From Nemertoderma westbladi (lineage: Eukaryota > Animalia > Xenacoelomorpha): DNA of 41,775 nt. Positions 13,003 to 24,759 of the stretch are shown here, piece after piece. The translations under genes were made by a program, and so were the position numbers. The notes under the pieces were generated by a model that was not told where the DNA came from, searched no databases, and saw only the letters and a list, made by a program, of their open reading frames with translations. The stretch spans positions 1 to 41,775 of the forward strand of contig JAUCBJ010007563.1 of the NCBI GenBank assembly GCA_032718475.1. The letters run 5' to 3'. Within the stretch, counting starts at the first letter, position 1. Each line of letters begins with the position of its first letter.

Positions 13003-13897
13003 ATCTTTATTGAGTCCAGGGCTATTAGCCCCCAGCCGCAATCGACTTATTGGACTTCCATCAACAATCCTTCAACTGCACTGCACAAACTGACCTGACT
13101 GACAACAATAAATAACAAGAGAAATACTTAATTAATAAGTGAAAACAAACCAATTTCTAGCAAAGCGAATAGTACAATCAATTCACAAATATATTTTACA
13201 CAAATTGATAAATAACTAAATACCTCCATGTCCATATATTAATTAACCTAAAAAATTAACAACTAGTAGGGCATCATTTGTTTTACTCCAAAGATTAAAC
13301 ACCTCCTTAGCTAACGATATTTGAGATTGTGCCATTTGTGTATTTAATTGATCTACGTCTGAAAGAGCACAAATCCTTAACAAATTATTTCTAGCACCAT
13401 CAAGACTTTCACAGTGAAAAAGAAAATGGAATTCTGATTCAATACGATTACTAACATTAACAGTAGCACCACAACACAGTTTACAAAAACGCTCCTCCGC
13501 AGGTGTTCCACTAAAACGTCCAGTTTCAATGGCTAATGGTAGAACGCCCAGTCTAAACTGCACAAAGCGCGAATGTATTTGGATGGGAAGATTATATTTA
13601 ACATATGGTTCTACAGCAAAATCCAATTTAAATGCACTATAATTAGAAAGCTTTGGTTTACTCATAACTTCCAATTTCCAAATGTTAGAAAAATACAAAT
13701 TGCACTTATCATCAAAAATGTTCAAATTTCAAACACGTTTATTATCGAAATAGTCAACCAATCCTAAATTACTTAAAATTGATTTAATAGCTGCACACCA
13801 CCCTCGTTAGAGTTATAGTCTAGCAAAAATACTTGTTTAGTCAGACGATTATTTGGCATACCTACCAATTTATTCCATAATCTACATATTTCCTTAA

Positions 13898-15456
13898 CCC
13901 TATTAAACCCGGGGGGGGGGGGTCAATATGACCCCTCGCCCTCCCGTGGTTTTTTTATTATAATTCTGAAACTAACGCAGTTGGGAATCTGAAATTGTAT
14001 GACTTTTCCTAAAAATCTATTGTCTTCCTAGTAGTGAAAACCGTTTTCAAAAATATTGGGTACTTTTCGAGTTATAGCACCATTTTTTAACCCTACTTTT
14101 GGCACTTTTTTTGAGACGTTTTTTGAAAATTAAATTTCATTAAATATTAATTGTAACATCTCTATTTTTGATTTACACCGGTTTTTTGGTGTTAGAAATT
14201 TGATGGAATTCATATAAATTGATTTAGAAATTTCAAACTTGTTTTTTTCGGTGGGTGCCAAATTTTGGTGCCAGCACCAAATTTTGAAATAAGTCAATTT
14301 TGTAAATTGATCGTTGGAAACTTGTTTTTTACGCAATTGGGGTTTTTCGGGTTTCTGGATTCGATGAAATATATACGAGTTGCACCAAGCGTATCAAACT
14401 TGTATTTTTCGGTGCTGTCTGCAAATTTTGGTGCTAGCACGAAATTTTGAAAATCTGTTCAATAGATAAAATTGCTTGTGATAATTTATTTCTTGCGTTT
14501 TAGAGGTTTATGGCTGTTCTGAATTCAATGGAAAATATAATTATCGAACTAGACATCTCAAACTTGTATTTTTCGGATGTGGGTGCAAAATGTGGTGCTA
14601 GCACCACATTTTGAAAACCATCAAATATATCAATTGATTGTGTCACCTTGTTTCTTGCGTTATACGGGTTTGTGATGGTTCTGAATTCAATGGAATCAGT
14701 AAAAATTTCTTAAGAGTTCTCAAACTTGTATTTTTCGCCGGTGGGTGAAAATTGTTGTGCCTGCACCAAATTTTGGAAAATATGCAAATTAATAAGTAGA
14801 TAATATCACCTTGTTTCTTGCGTTATACGGGTTTATGAGGGTCCTGAATCCGATGGAATCAATAAAAACAGCACTGGACATCGCAAACTTGTACTTTTTG
14901 GTGATGGGTACGAAATTTGGTGCTAGCACCAAAATTTGCCAAATTACGCCGAAAAAATACAAGTAGCAATGATCTGGCATATTAGAAATGTATTCCATTA
15001 GAATCAGCGCCCTCGAAAACCTGAAAATGTGAATTTATAGCATCGTATAAGTGAATTAAAAATTTTGTGTTCTAACTGAAAAGTGCTGGTTACTTGTTTT
15101 TTTCATGTTTTTTCCTACGCAGAGAGGACTAAACAGCCATTTATAGTAATCATATCATTTTTTAATATTTTGCAATGTATTTTGCACCCCAGAAAACCTG
15201 TATTGAAAAATAATTAGCCGAAAATGTAACTTTCAAATTTTGTGAAAATTGTGCACTACTTGTAATTTTGGTGCTGCAATATAACCACCCCAGTACATTT
15301 TTTCGAAAATTTTTTTTTTCGGTCGGATCCAGACAAGTGATACCTACACACAAACAAAAAATCAGACGTTTTCGTAAATATTTGTAGATTTGTAGAATAT
15401 GACCCCCCCCCCCCCCCGGTATTTGTACAACATTTTATAGCCCGGTACTAATAGGG
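13898..15456. mobile_element. Non-autonomous piggyBac-type DNA transposon
   Basis: TTAA on both sides (13894-13897, 15457-15460), CCCTATTA terminal inverted repeats and subterminal G/C runs. The LINE reading frame resumes across the TTAA. Confidence 0.85.
14200..14950. repeat. ~162-bp diverged tandem repeat x~5 inside the piggyBac-type element
   Basis: The caaacttgt anchor recurs at 14234, 14395, 14559, 14721 and 14884. Confidence 0.85.
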
Positions 15457-16687
15457 TTAAAGCGCCTACGCTTACTGTGAGGCCAAGCCATATCCCCTTC
15501 TACTCCCGCGTTTGCTGCGTATCGGTGCACGCCGAGAAACCACTTACATGCACTTAGCTGTGCGGTGCGAATTTTCAATGAATCCCTGTAGCCCCATACA
15601 GCCGAACTATAATCTAAGATAGGGGCAACACCGAGGTTAAATAGTTTAGTAAATACTTTATAAGAAAAACCATTTACATCCCTGGATTTAGCCTTAAGGG
15701 CCCCCAACGCACGTTTAGCCGAAGCAGCTAACTCTTCAGTTGCTTTACCAAAATTTAAATGCTCATCGAAATAAACACCCAAATATTTATAATGTGGCAC
15801 GAGTGATATAATATTATTACCCACCGAAAATATATAATTTGTTCTATAAACACTAGTCTTACGAAAATGTACAACATTCGATTTCTTCAAATTAATTTCA
15901 AGGAGCCACTTTTTACACGAGTTATTTAAAATACTTAATAATGCTTGTAAATCATTAGGTGTTTCTGCTAGTAATATTACATCATCAGTGTATGCTAAAA
16001 TAGATACTATCGTTGCATTATCCAAATGTACTCCTATCCCGCTACTTTTTAATTCTTTAACTAAACTGTTTATAAATATATTAAACAACGTTGGACTTAG
16101 GCATTCTCCCTGACGTACCCCTGATTTAGTTACAAACCAACTAGACATATAATCATTGACTAATATAGACGATACCGTATCTGTATATTAGGCCTTAATA
16201 CAACAATAAATTCTGCCCCCAATTCCGTTTTGCAATAAAGTGTAAAGCAATAAATCACTATACCCAGTCGAATGCTTTTTTAAAGTCTATAAAAGCACAA
16301 TATTTTTCTTGATCCAACATTTTTCTCTTATCTACAACACTGTTTAAAATAAAGACTTTATCAATGCATGACCTCCCCCCTCTGAAACCACATTTCTCGT
16401 CGGCAAGTAAGTTATTACTTCTATATAATCTGAGATTCTACAGTTTAATAAAGAGGTGAATAATTTGCTCAAGCACAATAATAAACTGATCCCCCTATAG
16501 TTCAATGGTACCATCTTATCGTTGCTTCCGGGCTTATAAACAGGACGTATAAAGGCTTGCAACCAACTAGTCGGTATGCACCCGGAACTAAAAATCAAAT
16601 TAAAGAAAGAACATAGCGGCTTCAATAAAACAGGTAATTTTAAAATTTCGTTTGGTTTCCCATCTATCGGTATCATATCTATTACTA

Positions 16688-17609
16688 TCAAGGCTTGGTG
16701 CATAAAATATAAAAAACTCCTCGGTTATCCAAAATTAAACAAATTAAGGTAATGCTATCGAAGAGTTCGGGTGTCATTTCCTTGGGTTCGGTTTGATCGT
16801 GGGATATCCAATAGAACGTTAGGCTCGTGAGCCTTCCACCGAACTCCTTGATCTCGCCTTTCTCGTACGCCTTGTATGCCATATATAGTCTAAGAGCTTC
16901 CCTCTTCCCCTGTGTCGACTTGTTGGACTCGTCTATTATCATACTGTAGACGTCCAGTTCGACTAGTTTGGGTTCGTATATCACGATCTCGCCCGCTTTC
17001 GGTACGCTCATCTTGAACGAGTGATACGGATTCTTCAAGGGGTATCCACCTTCCTGATAACACAGACTCTGGTGGTTTGGGCATCACACTAATATTGGTT
17101 CGGGGTTCTCGGGGTTCAATCACATAGGGATCGCGTTGTCTTGCGCACGCATACATCCTCCACATTTATAGAAGAGTTTATATATGGAGAACGCTTCCTT
17201 AGTCTCCTGGTCTGCTCATCGAGCGCGTCTATACAGGTGCATCCCGTCAAATTCGTCCCTAGCTGCAGGCATGGGCTCACCCGCCGTCTGATATTGCAGC
17301 ATGTGATATAATCGGCGTATCTCTGTATCGGGGTTCTCGCATATGTTGCTGGCGTCACACAATACATCGTAGGGGTATAACACGTTAAACTCCGTGCGTA
17401 ACTCCTCCATTCTCTTATTATAAGCGTTTTGTCGCTGTCACATAACATTTGGATCAGCCTTTGACTTTGCGAGCTTGGCTGTACTCCTTGCCATGCTCTC
17501 GACTCCGAACACGCTAAACTTCTTGGCCCCATATTGGTTGAACGGTGCCTGGTGCTCCTGTTCCTGCGTGAATCACTGTCGTTTGTTCTTTGTGGATCCT
17601 CTCTGCCAT
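16688..17609 (-). pseudogene. Orphan accessory ORF2 (~305 codons reconstructed; one frameshift, four TGA stops)
   Basis: One frame runs from ~17520 to 16688. Where the homolog at 32.6-32.9 kb covers the stops (two sites) it has CGA. Contains CGGC...CPNH. Confidence 0.7.
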
Positions 17610-17665
17610 TATAAGCGTATATATAGGTTACGTATCGTTACGTTTATCTATACCGTTGCATTCTA

Positions 17666-17691
17666 CTAGAGGAAGCACAAACAGAGGTTAG
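17666..17691 (-). promoter_or_regulatory. Predicted 3' splice acceptor upstream of ORF2
   Basis: Minus strand CTAAC-CTCTGTTTGTGCTTCCTC-TAG (branch point, pyrimidine tract, AG). Identical at 32921-32946. Confidence 0.65.
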
Positions 17692-17726
17692 ATATGAGGA
17701 AACTTAGAGTTTTGTCGGCTTTTGGC

Positions 17727-18392
17727 TCAACTTTGCTCTAAACCCCTACCCATTTGCCTAAGCTTTAGCTGGACATATCCTGCTGCTGACCTCTTCCATA
17801 CAGCTGGATCTCGAGTGTCCCTTACGATCCCCATTTGGTATAAGTCCTCCCAGGCAGCTTCCGATAAGTTAAACGGGAGTCCGGGTCCGGGGAAGTTCCA
17901 TTGCGTCTCTACAATAGACCTTAGTTCCTCCATCGTGTATCCCGCATAACTGTCCCTGGTCGATCTCTTATTTCTCATCCAATCAGCTTGATGTTCCTCC
18001 ACAGCGATCAATACTCTAGTGAGTACGGCCCCAGGAAGAATTAGAAGTGGATCTGGATAAACCGCTTCTGTCATCCTTGCTCCGATCTCGGGCATTAACT
18101 CTTCAGTGTCGGAACTACTAGAGTTATTCTGCCGTTGAGAAATAAGTTCTCGGCTCGGGTGCTGCTGCTGTTTAACTGCCGTCTCTTGGTCTCGCTTAAC
18201 TTGAGATCTAGTGCCTATAATAGACCTATGGTGCTTTATTAGTCTAGGGTCTGATACCACTACTGTAGGGATAACATTTCTTACAGTAGGAGGGGACTTG
18301 GACTTTGGTCTGAGATGTTCAATACTTTTATCTGGGTCACAGATCGTTCTTTCTAGGAGACTATCTGACAGTGTTTGCTTTGTGTCAGACAT
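17727..18392 (-). CDS. 221-aa ORF1 with a Gag-like N-terminus
   Basis: Open ATG-started frame. MSDT-x13-CDPDKS matches MSDT-x13-CDPDRS of the BEL Gag. Confidence 0.6.
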   Translation of the reverse strand: MSDTKQTLSDSLLERTICDPDKSIEHLRPKSKSPPTVRNVIPTVVVSDPRLIKHHRSIIGTRSQVKRDQETAVKQQQHPSRELISQRQNNSSSSDTEELMPEIGARMTEAVYPDPLLILPGAVLTRVLIAVEEHQADWMRNKRSTRDSYAGYTMEELRSIVETQWNFPGPGLPFNLSEAAWEDLYQMGIVRDTRDPAVWKRSAAGYVQLKLRQMGRGLEQS

Positions 18393-18968
18393 AACTTAAT
18401 TTACAGTTGAATGCCTACTACTATAATGACAGTTAAAGCAAGTCTAGAAGAATCAACTGTAAGCCTAGTAGTTATTTACCGATACCATTACTCAATGTAA
18501 CGTGATATATATATTTATTAAAATACCGGTATACACTTATAGTATATATATATAAGTATTATTTACAGACTAGGATCAGTCACAGAATACCGATATATAA
18601 GTTCAGCCTAAATTTATATAAATAAATATAATAAGCTTACCATAAATACCGGTAATGTCAATTATTTAATAATAACTGAATTTCTGGATTTTAGGGTTAC
18701 TTCCCTTTACTTTATTACTGATATTAAGCAGTAGTTCAACTGATATTAAGACCTAATTGATGTATGACAGGCCTACTATTTTATAAATCTGATTGAGTTG
18801 ATTTATAAATATATATACCCGTACAATGGGTTTTGACAATATTTTAAATAAATGTTATTATTTCTGTGTAAGGGGCCACTACACAGAAGCTGAACGCTCT
18901 CAGTGGAGTGCTACTTGCTAGACACTAATACAGATAATTTGACTTTACTAAGTTACTTATCACTACTG

Positions 18969-21601
18969 GGGTCAGGTCAGGTCAGGTCCCCAAATCCTGC
19001 TACCACTATGGCAGTAATGTGGTACTACCTGTAGCTGCCAGCCCAGTAGGGCAGGCCCGATAAGCATATCCTATTCATTATTTAGTTGATCAAGAGTGGG
19101 TTGGTTCAGCCCCGTCAACTAAATAAGTCATTGAGGGCTATAGCGCCTAGGGCACCATTGAAGGCAAAGGCTTGATACGCATCTGCATTAGAGATGATAC
19201 ACACCCCGCCCTGTCTATACTGGATGCTCCTCTACCAGTGTTAGGTAACCTAACCCAGGAGGCACACTTGGTTCAAGGTGTAACAAAAGGACCCCTACAG
19301 TCGGCAGCCGGGCTGTAGACCATGGATAGGCGGAAGGTAATCAACCAACAGCTAGACATGCTGACAAGGTCGGCGGAAGGTAATCAACCAATGGCGATCT
19401 ACTGCGAAGACGCTTGTAGGAGTTGCGACCACAAGCGGTTTACTCCCGCAACTGAAAGATATGAGTAAGAGAACCCTCCAGGAGAAATACCGGCTCGGTC
19501 GTCGCCCGGGTCAACAAGGACTCCCAGTGGACCCCAAGGACCCCCAGTGGTACACCAGGCTGGGGTCGATAAATTGGCTACTGGAACAAAAGACCGAGAA
19601 GAAAGAAGAACCAACCTGTTGAAATGTAAAAAGACACTAAAGATTACTACAATGAACGCACGCATGCTGAAAGCACATACCAAACAGGGTGACATGGTCG
19701 CTCTGGCAATGGAATATAACATCGATATCATCTGCATCCAAGAACATCGGATTTGTCATGAAGACACTGCCATGAAGTACAATGACATTGGAAATGGATG
19801 GACGTTAGTAACAAGCTCAGCAGTAAGAAACTCGGCCAATGCATCAATTGGTGGAGTAGGAATTCTGCTAAGCCCATTTGCACTTAAGACCCTAAACAAC
19901 ATCGAATCTATAAATTCCAGGGTTATGATCGCAACATTTGATGGGAATCCCAAGGCAACAGTTATATGTTGCTACAGTCCAACCAATGCCTCAGAGCCAG
20001 AACAAGCAGTCAAGTTTTATGAAGAACTGACTGGACTTATAAAGGACATTCCGAAACACAATGTTAAAGTCATTGCTGGTGACCTGAATGCCCAAATTGG
20101 CCCAGAAGACATCAAGGGTTACCCCTATAACACCAGTTCTAACAGAAATGGGTACTTACTTTTAGACCTAATGGAAGAATGTGAATTGATAACAACAAAC
20201 AACACATTCGAAAAGAGTAAGGGGAAGCTATGGACCTTTCAATACCCTAATGGAACCAAAGCACAACTGGATTACATCCTCATAAACAAAAAGTGGAGAA
20301 ACAGCATGATCAACTGCGAGGCATACAACTCGTTCAACCTAATTGGTTCGGACCACAGAATTGTGACTGCAGAGATCAGACTCAGTTTGAGAGCCAGCAA
20401 ACCCAGGACAAGCAAGCAAACTGACAATGCTGAAAAGGATGCTTATACAGTAGAAGTTCAAAACCGCTTTGAAGCACTTCAGTCAATGGATGAAGACCAA
20501 TCCACCAATTCAATATACCAGAATATAATAACAGCCCACAAGGAATCAGCTAAGAGGCATATCCCCCAGAAACCCAAACGAAAACAATATGTGCCATGGC
20601 AAAACTCTGAGGTTACTTGTAAGAGAGAAGATCTATCTTAAGATAGCCTACAAAGTTAAAACCGAACAACCAACAACCGAAAACATTAACAAGGTTGAGA
20701 AAGCTAAGGACGATCTTAAATTGGCCTACAACATCAGCCAGGAAAAGTACATACAGGATAAAACTGAAGCAATTACAACTGCTCACATACATGTGCACGT
20801 ACACGTTATGACTTTTGTGGACTTCAAGAAGGCATTCGACTCCATCCATAGAGGTAAAATGCTTGAAATCCTAAGAGCTTATGGAATACCAGAAGTAATT
20901 GTTGCTGGCACTGGATTGTTATATTGTGACACAGAATCGCAGGTACTCTCACCAGATGGTGAAACTGAGTTTTTCTCAATCCTGGCTGGCGTACTGCAAG
21001 GTGACACATTAGCACCATGACTATTTGTAATTGTGCTGGATTACGCAATGAGGACGGCCACAAAGGGTGAAGACCTGGGATTCACACTTCAAGAACGCAG
21101 AAGTAGTAGATATCCGGCAACTACAGTCACAGACACCGACTTTGCGGATGACATCGCCCTGCTCTCTAATACCCTAGCAGATGCACAGCTTCTACTAAAT
21201 AAAGTGGAGAGGGCTGTTAAGGAGGTTGGATTGCATATAAATGCTACAAAGACCGAATTCATGACCTTTAATGTTGATGGAAACTTGACAACCATTGATA
21301 ATAATCAACTAAGGAAGGTCGATGACTTCCAGTACCTTGGATCATGGATAGAGAGTAGCAAAAAGGACATAGAAGTTAGGAAAGCAAAGGCTTGGGTAGC
21401 TCTATCAAAATTGGATACCATCTGGAAATCAGATCTCTCCAGGCAGCTGAAGACTAAGTTCTTTCGAGCCACAGTGGAAAGTGTATTTTTATATGGGGGT
21501 GAGACCTGGACACTGACTAAATCACTTGAACAACGAATTGATGGTTGCTACACAAGACTACTAAGGGCAGCCCTAAACATCAGCTGGAGACAACACATGA
21601 C
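18969..21601 (+). mobile_element. RTE-clade LINE (family B): 5' UTR, APE endonuclease and RT; internally deleted near 20790, frameshifted, 3'-truncated
   Basis: APE motifs ICIQEHR, GGVG, YSPT, GDLNAQIG, QLDYIL and SDHR (19547-20641). RT motifs FVDFKKAFDS, GVLQGDTLAP, FADD and FQYLGS. Starts with (GTCAG)n. Confidence 0.92.
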
Positions 21602-22134
21602 ATTATTGAGGGGGTTTATGATTATTTATCGGTATTCTCCAAAAATAACATCAATATCCATTAATATAACAACAATTAATACCATAAGCAGAAGTAAATA
21701 GTGCAGTGATTCAGTAATATGCAGTCAGTTAATGACAAGTGTAAAATGAGTTGAATTGAATTGTTAATAGATTTACGTTCTCATAACCAAGGCCATCTGA
21801 TGTTGCTAGGCCAAAGTCTGAAACTTCCGCACAGAAGCACAGAAATTCTGAGTTGGTTCTGATGCTCAGAAAATAGTAAACAAAGACTGTAATGCATTGC
21901 GCGAGTTTCCATAGGTTTCTGTTAGACATAAAGTGAAAATTGCTCTGATTGGCTGAATAAGACAGAACAAAGAACTTCCACATCCACAAAGAATCAGCTG
22001 ACAGATTTCGTCATCTTGGTTGTAATTCCTTCCCGTCGCGTATTTGGATAAATTTAGGGCTATTTTAGAGTATTCTGCGCATTGCGTAAAAATGACTTGT
22101 TATGTCTGCAAAAGCTTTTACAGTACCATTAGCT

Positions 22135-22622
22135 AGAGAGTTAGTAAGAGGGTACGTGGTACCGTTAGTTAGAGAGTTAGTAGAGTTAGAGAGTTGGAGA
22201 GTTAGTAGAGGTAGAGAGTTAGTAGAAGTAGAGAGTCAGTAGAGTTATAGCGTTAGTAGAGGTAGAGAGTTAGTAGAAGTAGAGAGTTAGTAGAGTTAGA
22301 GAGTTAGTAGAAGTAGAGAGTCAGTAGAGTTAGAGAGTTAGTAGAGGTAGAGAGTTAGTAGAGTTAGTAGAAGTAGAGAGTTAGTAGAGTTAGAGAGTTA
22401 GTAGAGGTAGAGAGTTACTAGAGTTAGTAGAGGTAGAGAGTTAGTAGAGTTAGTAGAAGTAGAGAGTTAGTAGAGTTAGAGAGTTAGTAGAGGTAGAGAG
22501 TTACTAGAGTTAGTAGAGGTAGAGAGTCAGTAGAGTTAGAGAGTTAGAGAGTTAGAGAGTCAGTAGAGTTAGCAGAGTTAGGGAGTTAGTAGAGCTACTA
22601 GAGTTAGTAGAGTTAGCAGTAA
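22135..22622. repeat. Purine-rich minisatellite of AGAGTTAGT/AGAGGT variants
   Basis: Direct inspection. Confidence 0.9.
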
Positions 22623-24029
22623 GAGAGTAGAGAGCACAATATATCGTAGTAAGGTAGATAGGATAATAGCGCAGACAGGGGGAACATGGGTAGAATAAAA
22701 ATAAAATTAAGAATATCAGGATCACCTCCGAACTACAGAAGGTCCTTCTAGGTGGCCTTCGAAGGTCTGGTAGACCACCCAGGGCTGAAGGGCAAGTCGG
22801 TGTAATACAACAGCCGGCACTAGGCAGCCGGCCTAGTAGATAGGGAGGTGGATACACATATCAGAGGTGGGAGAAGTTGGAAGTGGATAGACTTGAGGAG
22901 AAGCGACTGGAAGAAGTCGCCAGGCGAGAAAGGCAGAGAGAGAATGAAACGCGTCATGTAGACGAGCATATAATATAATATATAATATATAATTATAATA
23001 ATTAATTGTTATATATAACTCATATATTATACAGTATGTACCGTAGTCAAGTACAACCTTTTCCAATTAGCTACTGGGACTAGGGACTAATTGACTAGAA
23101 TAGAAGGACGAGACTTAGACGGATCCCACTAACATGGTGCACACATGTGTGGGACCCGATAAGTGTGTGGTCATTCAACAACAGGGCGGAGTTCAGGATT
23201 TATTGTGAAAGCTCGTATCCTGCGGGATAAGAATCGTGCAGATGGGCAGTACCGGGATATGAGTAGGAGGGGCACTTGATGGGACCACAGGCGTGGAGAG
23301 TGAGGAGTATGAGAGGAGTATGAGAGGAATATGAGAAGAGTATGAGAGGAGAACGCAGGAAAGATAGAGAGAGGTGGTGTTGAGGCGTGTGGAGAGAGTA
23401 CGGGTGCGATTCAAATGTGGGGGGGGGGGGGGGGGGGGGGGTAAGAAGCAGAATGAGGGACGAAGAGGTCCGAGAGTAGAGAAGAGTTAGAGTGAAAGCG
23501 GATAGAAGTTAGAGAAGAGTTAGAGTGGAGTGGAGATAAAATTGTGTGAGAGAGGTCCACAATTGTCTCGAACCGAGACGCCAGATGTCTTGGTGCAACA
23601 CAGGTCAAAGTTGCACCAAGAGAGGGTAGTAATATCATACCCAGAGGGAGCGGCCTGGAAAGCCGACTCCAAGTAAGAGAACTCCACCCCACACCCGATA
23701 GTAGATCTGGTTCCAGCGAAATTGAAGCGCACTCGAAGGTGATGCTATCTTCTCACCGGGAAGATAACATGGGGGGGAGTGTGAGTGGATTCAATTCCGC
23801 CTCACTATCCCCATAAAGTTGGGAAGTGGCGCCTTTTTCAGCAATATTGGGGATACGAGATTAATCACAACTAATCTCGTATCATACCCAATAACGGGGA
23901 CAACACACAGCCCCAAAGAGCCTCACAAAGGGAGGTTAGAGGTCAAACCTCCTTGAGAGGGAAAGTAACAGCAGCGGGGGGGGGGGGGGGGGAAGCACTC
24001 CCACAGAGGTGGGAGCCGAGAATTAAGTT

Positions 24030-24364
24030 GTTAGCCAATGAGGGACGAGGGAGAGCATCCACTAGGTAATAAGGCGTAAGGGTGAATATATATTATCAGT
24101 TAATTACATTACCAGTCAGTTATCTCAGTCACTCAGTGGGGACCAGTTACATTTCGTACCATCACCGTAACTACCAGTACAACATATTATATTAGTCTGA
24201 ATACATTAATCCTTGTTCAACTGTGCTATCATATTTATATCAGTTATTTCATATTTGCGTTAACATATAACAATATCACAACGATAACGACAAACTATCT
24301 TCTTCTCAATTACACGGTGACACGTAACGTAATAAACCGGTCGGGATCCCCTGATCCCGTCACA
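24030..24364 (+). mobile_element. Possible 3' part of an LTR (CCAAT, TATA-like, TCAGT initiators, AATAAA, ...GTCACA)
   Basis: gccaat at ~24034, aatatata at ~24086, repeated tcagt at 24097-24137, aataaa at 24331, ends in CA. No 5' boundary was found. Confidence 0.3.
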
Positions 24365-24759
24365 GAGTCGTGTAAATTAATATGTATTAACTACAACTGT
24401 AGTATAGTCTTCTATGTTCCAAGTAACTAAACCTAAACCTAAATCCATACAGCTTTACTTACTGCGTTGGACCGTTGGTTGATACATATGAGTTGGATAC
24501 CCATCTGCATTGGGTATCACACAGCGTTGGATTTTCATCACCATCTGTTAAAATTTACACTTCTTACTTCACAAATTAATTAACACAAGCCTGCATTGAG
24601 GAAAGGGTACTGCTTTCAAGCAATCTCGTGAAAATAATTTAAACTTAATTACAAAAGAGCATAAAATTATTTAAAATATATTAAATATTAAAATTAAATG
24701 TAACTTTAAGTTTTTTAATTTAAAATTCTATTTAAGTAAACTACCTATCTATAGTTGTT

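Larger units (their letters stand above)
12970..16681 (-). mobile_element. 5'-truncated RTEX-like LINE (RT plus C-terminal Cys/His finger) with a (CATA)n tail and TSD TTACTATC
   Basis: RT motifs NYRGISLL, GVRQGECLSPTLF, YTDD and YKYLG. The C-terminus reads LAIETGRF...EERFCKLC...ESEFHFLFHC. (tatg)n at 12975-13001. ttactatc occurs at 12962 and 16682. Confidence 0.85.
12264..18950 (-). mobile_element. Pol-less (non-autonomous) relative of the BEL/Pao element: leader, Gag-like ORF1, orphan ORF2, LTR-like promoter module; interrupted by the LINE at 12970-16681
   Basis: 12363-12965 plus 16690-16745 is homologous to 31393-32175, and 17040-17763 is homologous to 32600-33013. The ORF1 N-terminus matches the Gag N-terminus at 40814. 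Boundaries are approximate. Confidence 0.65.
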
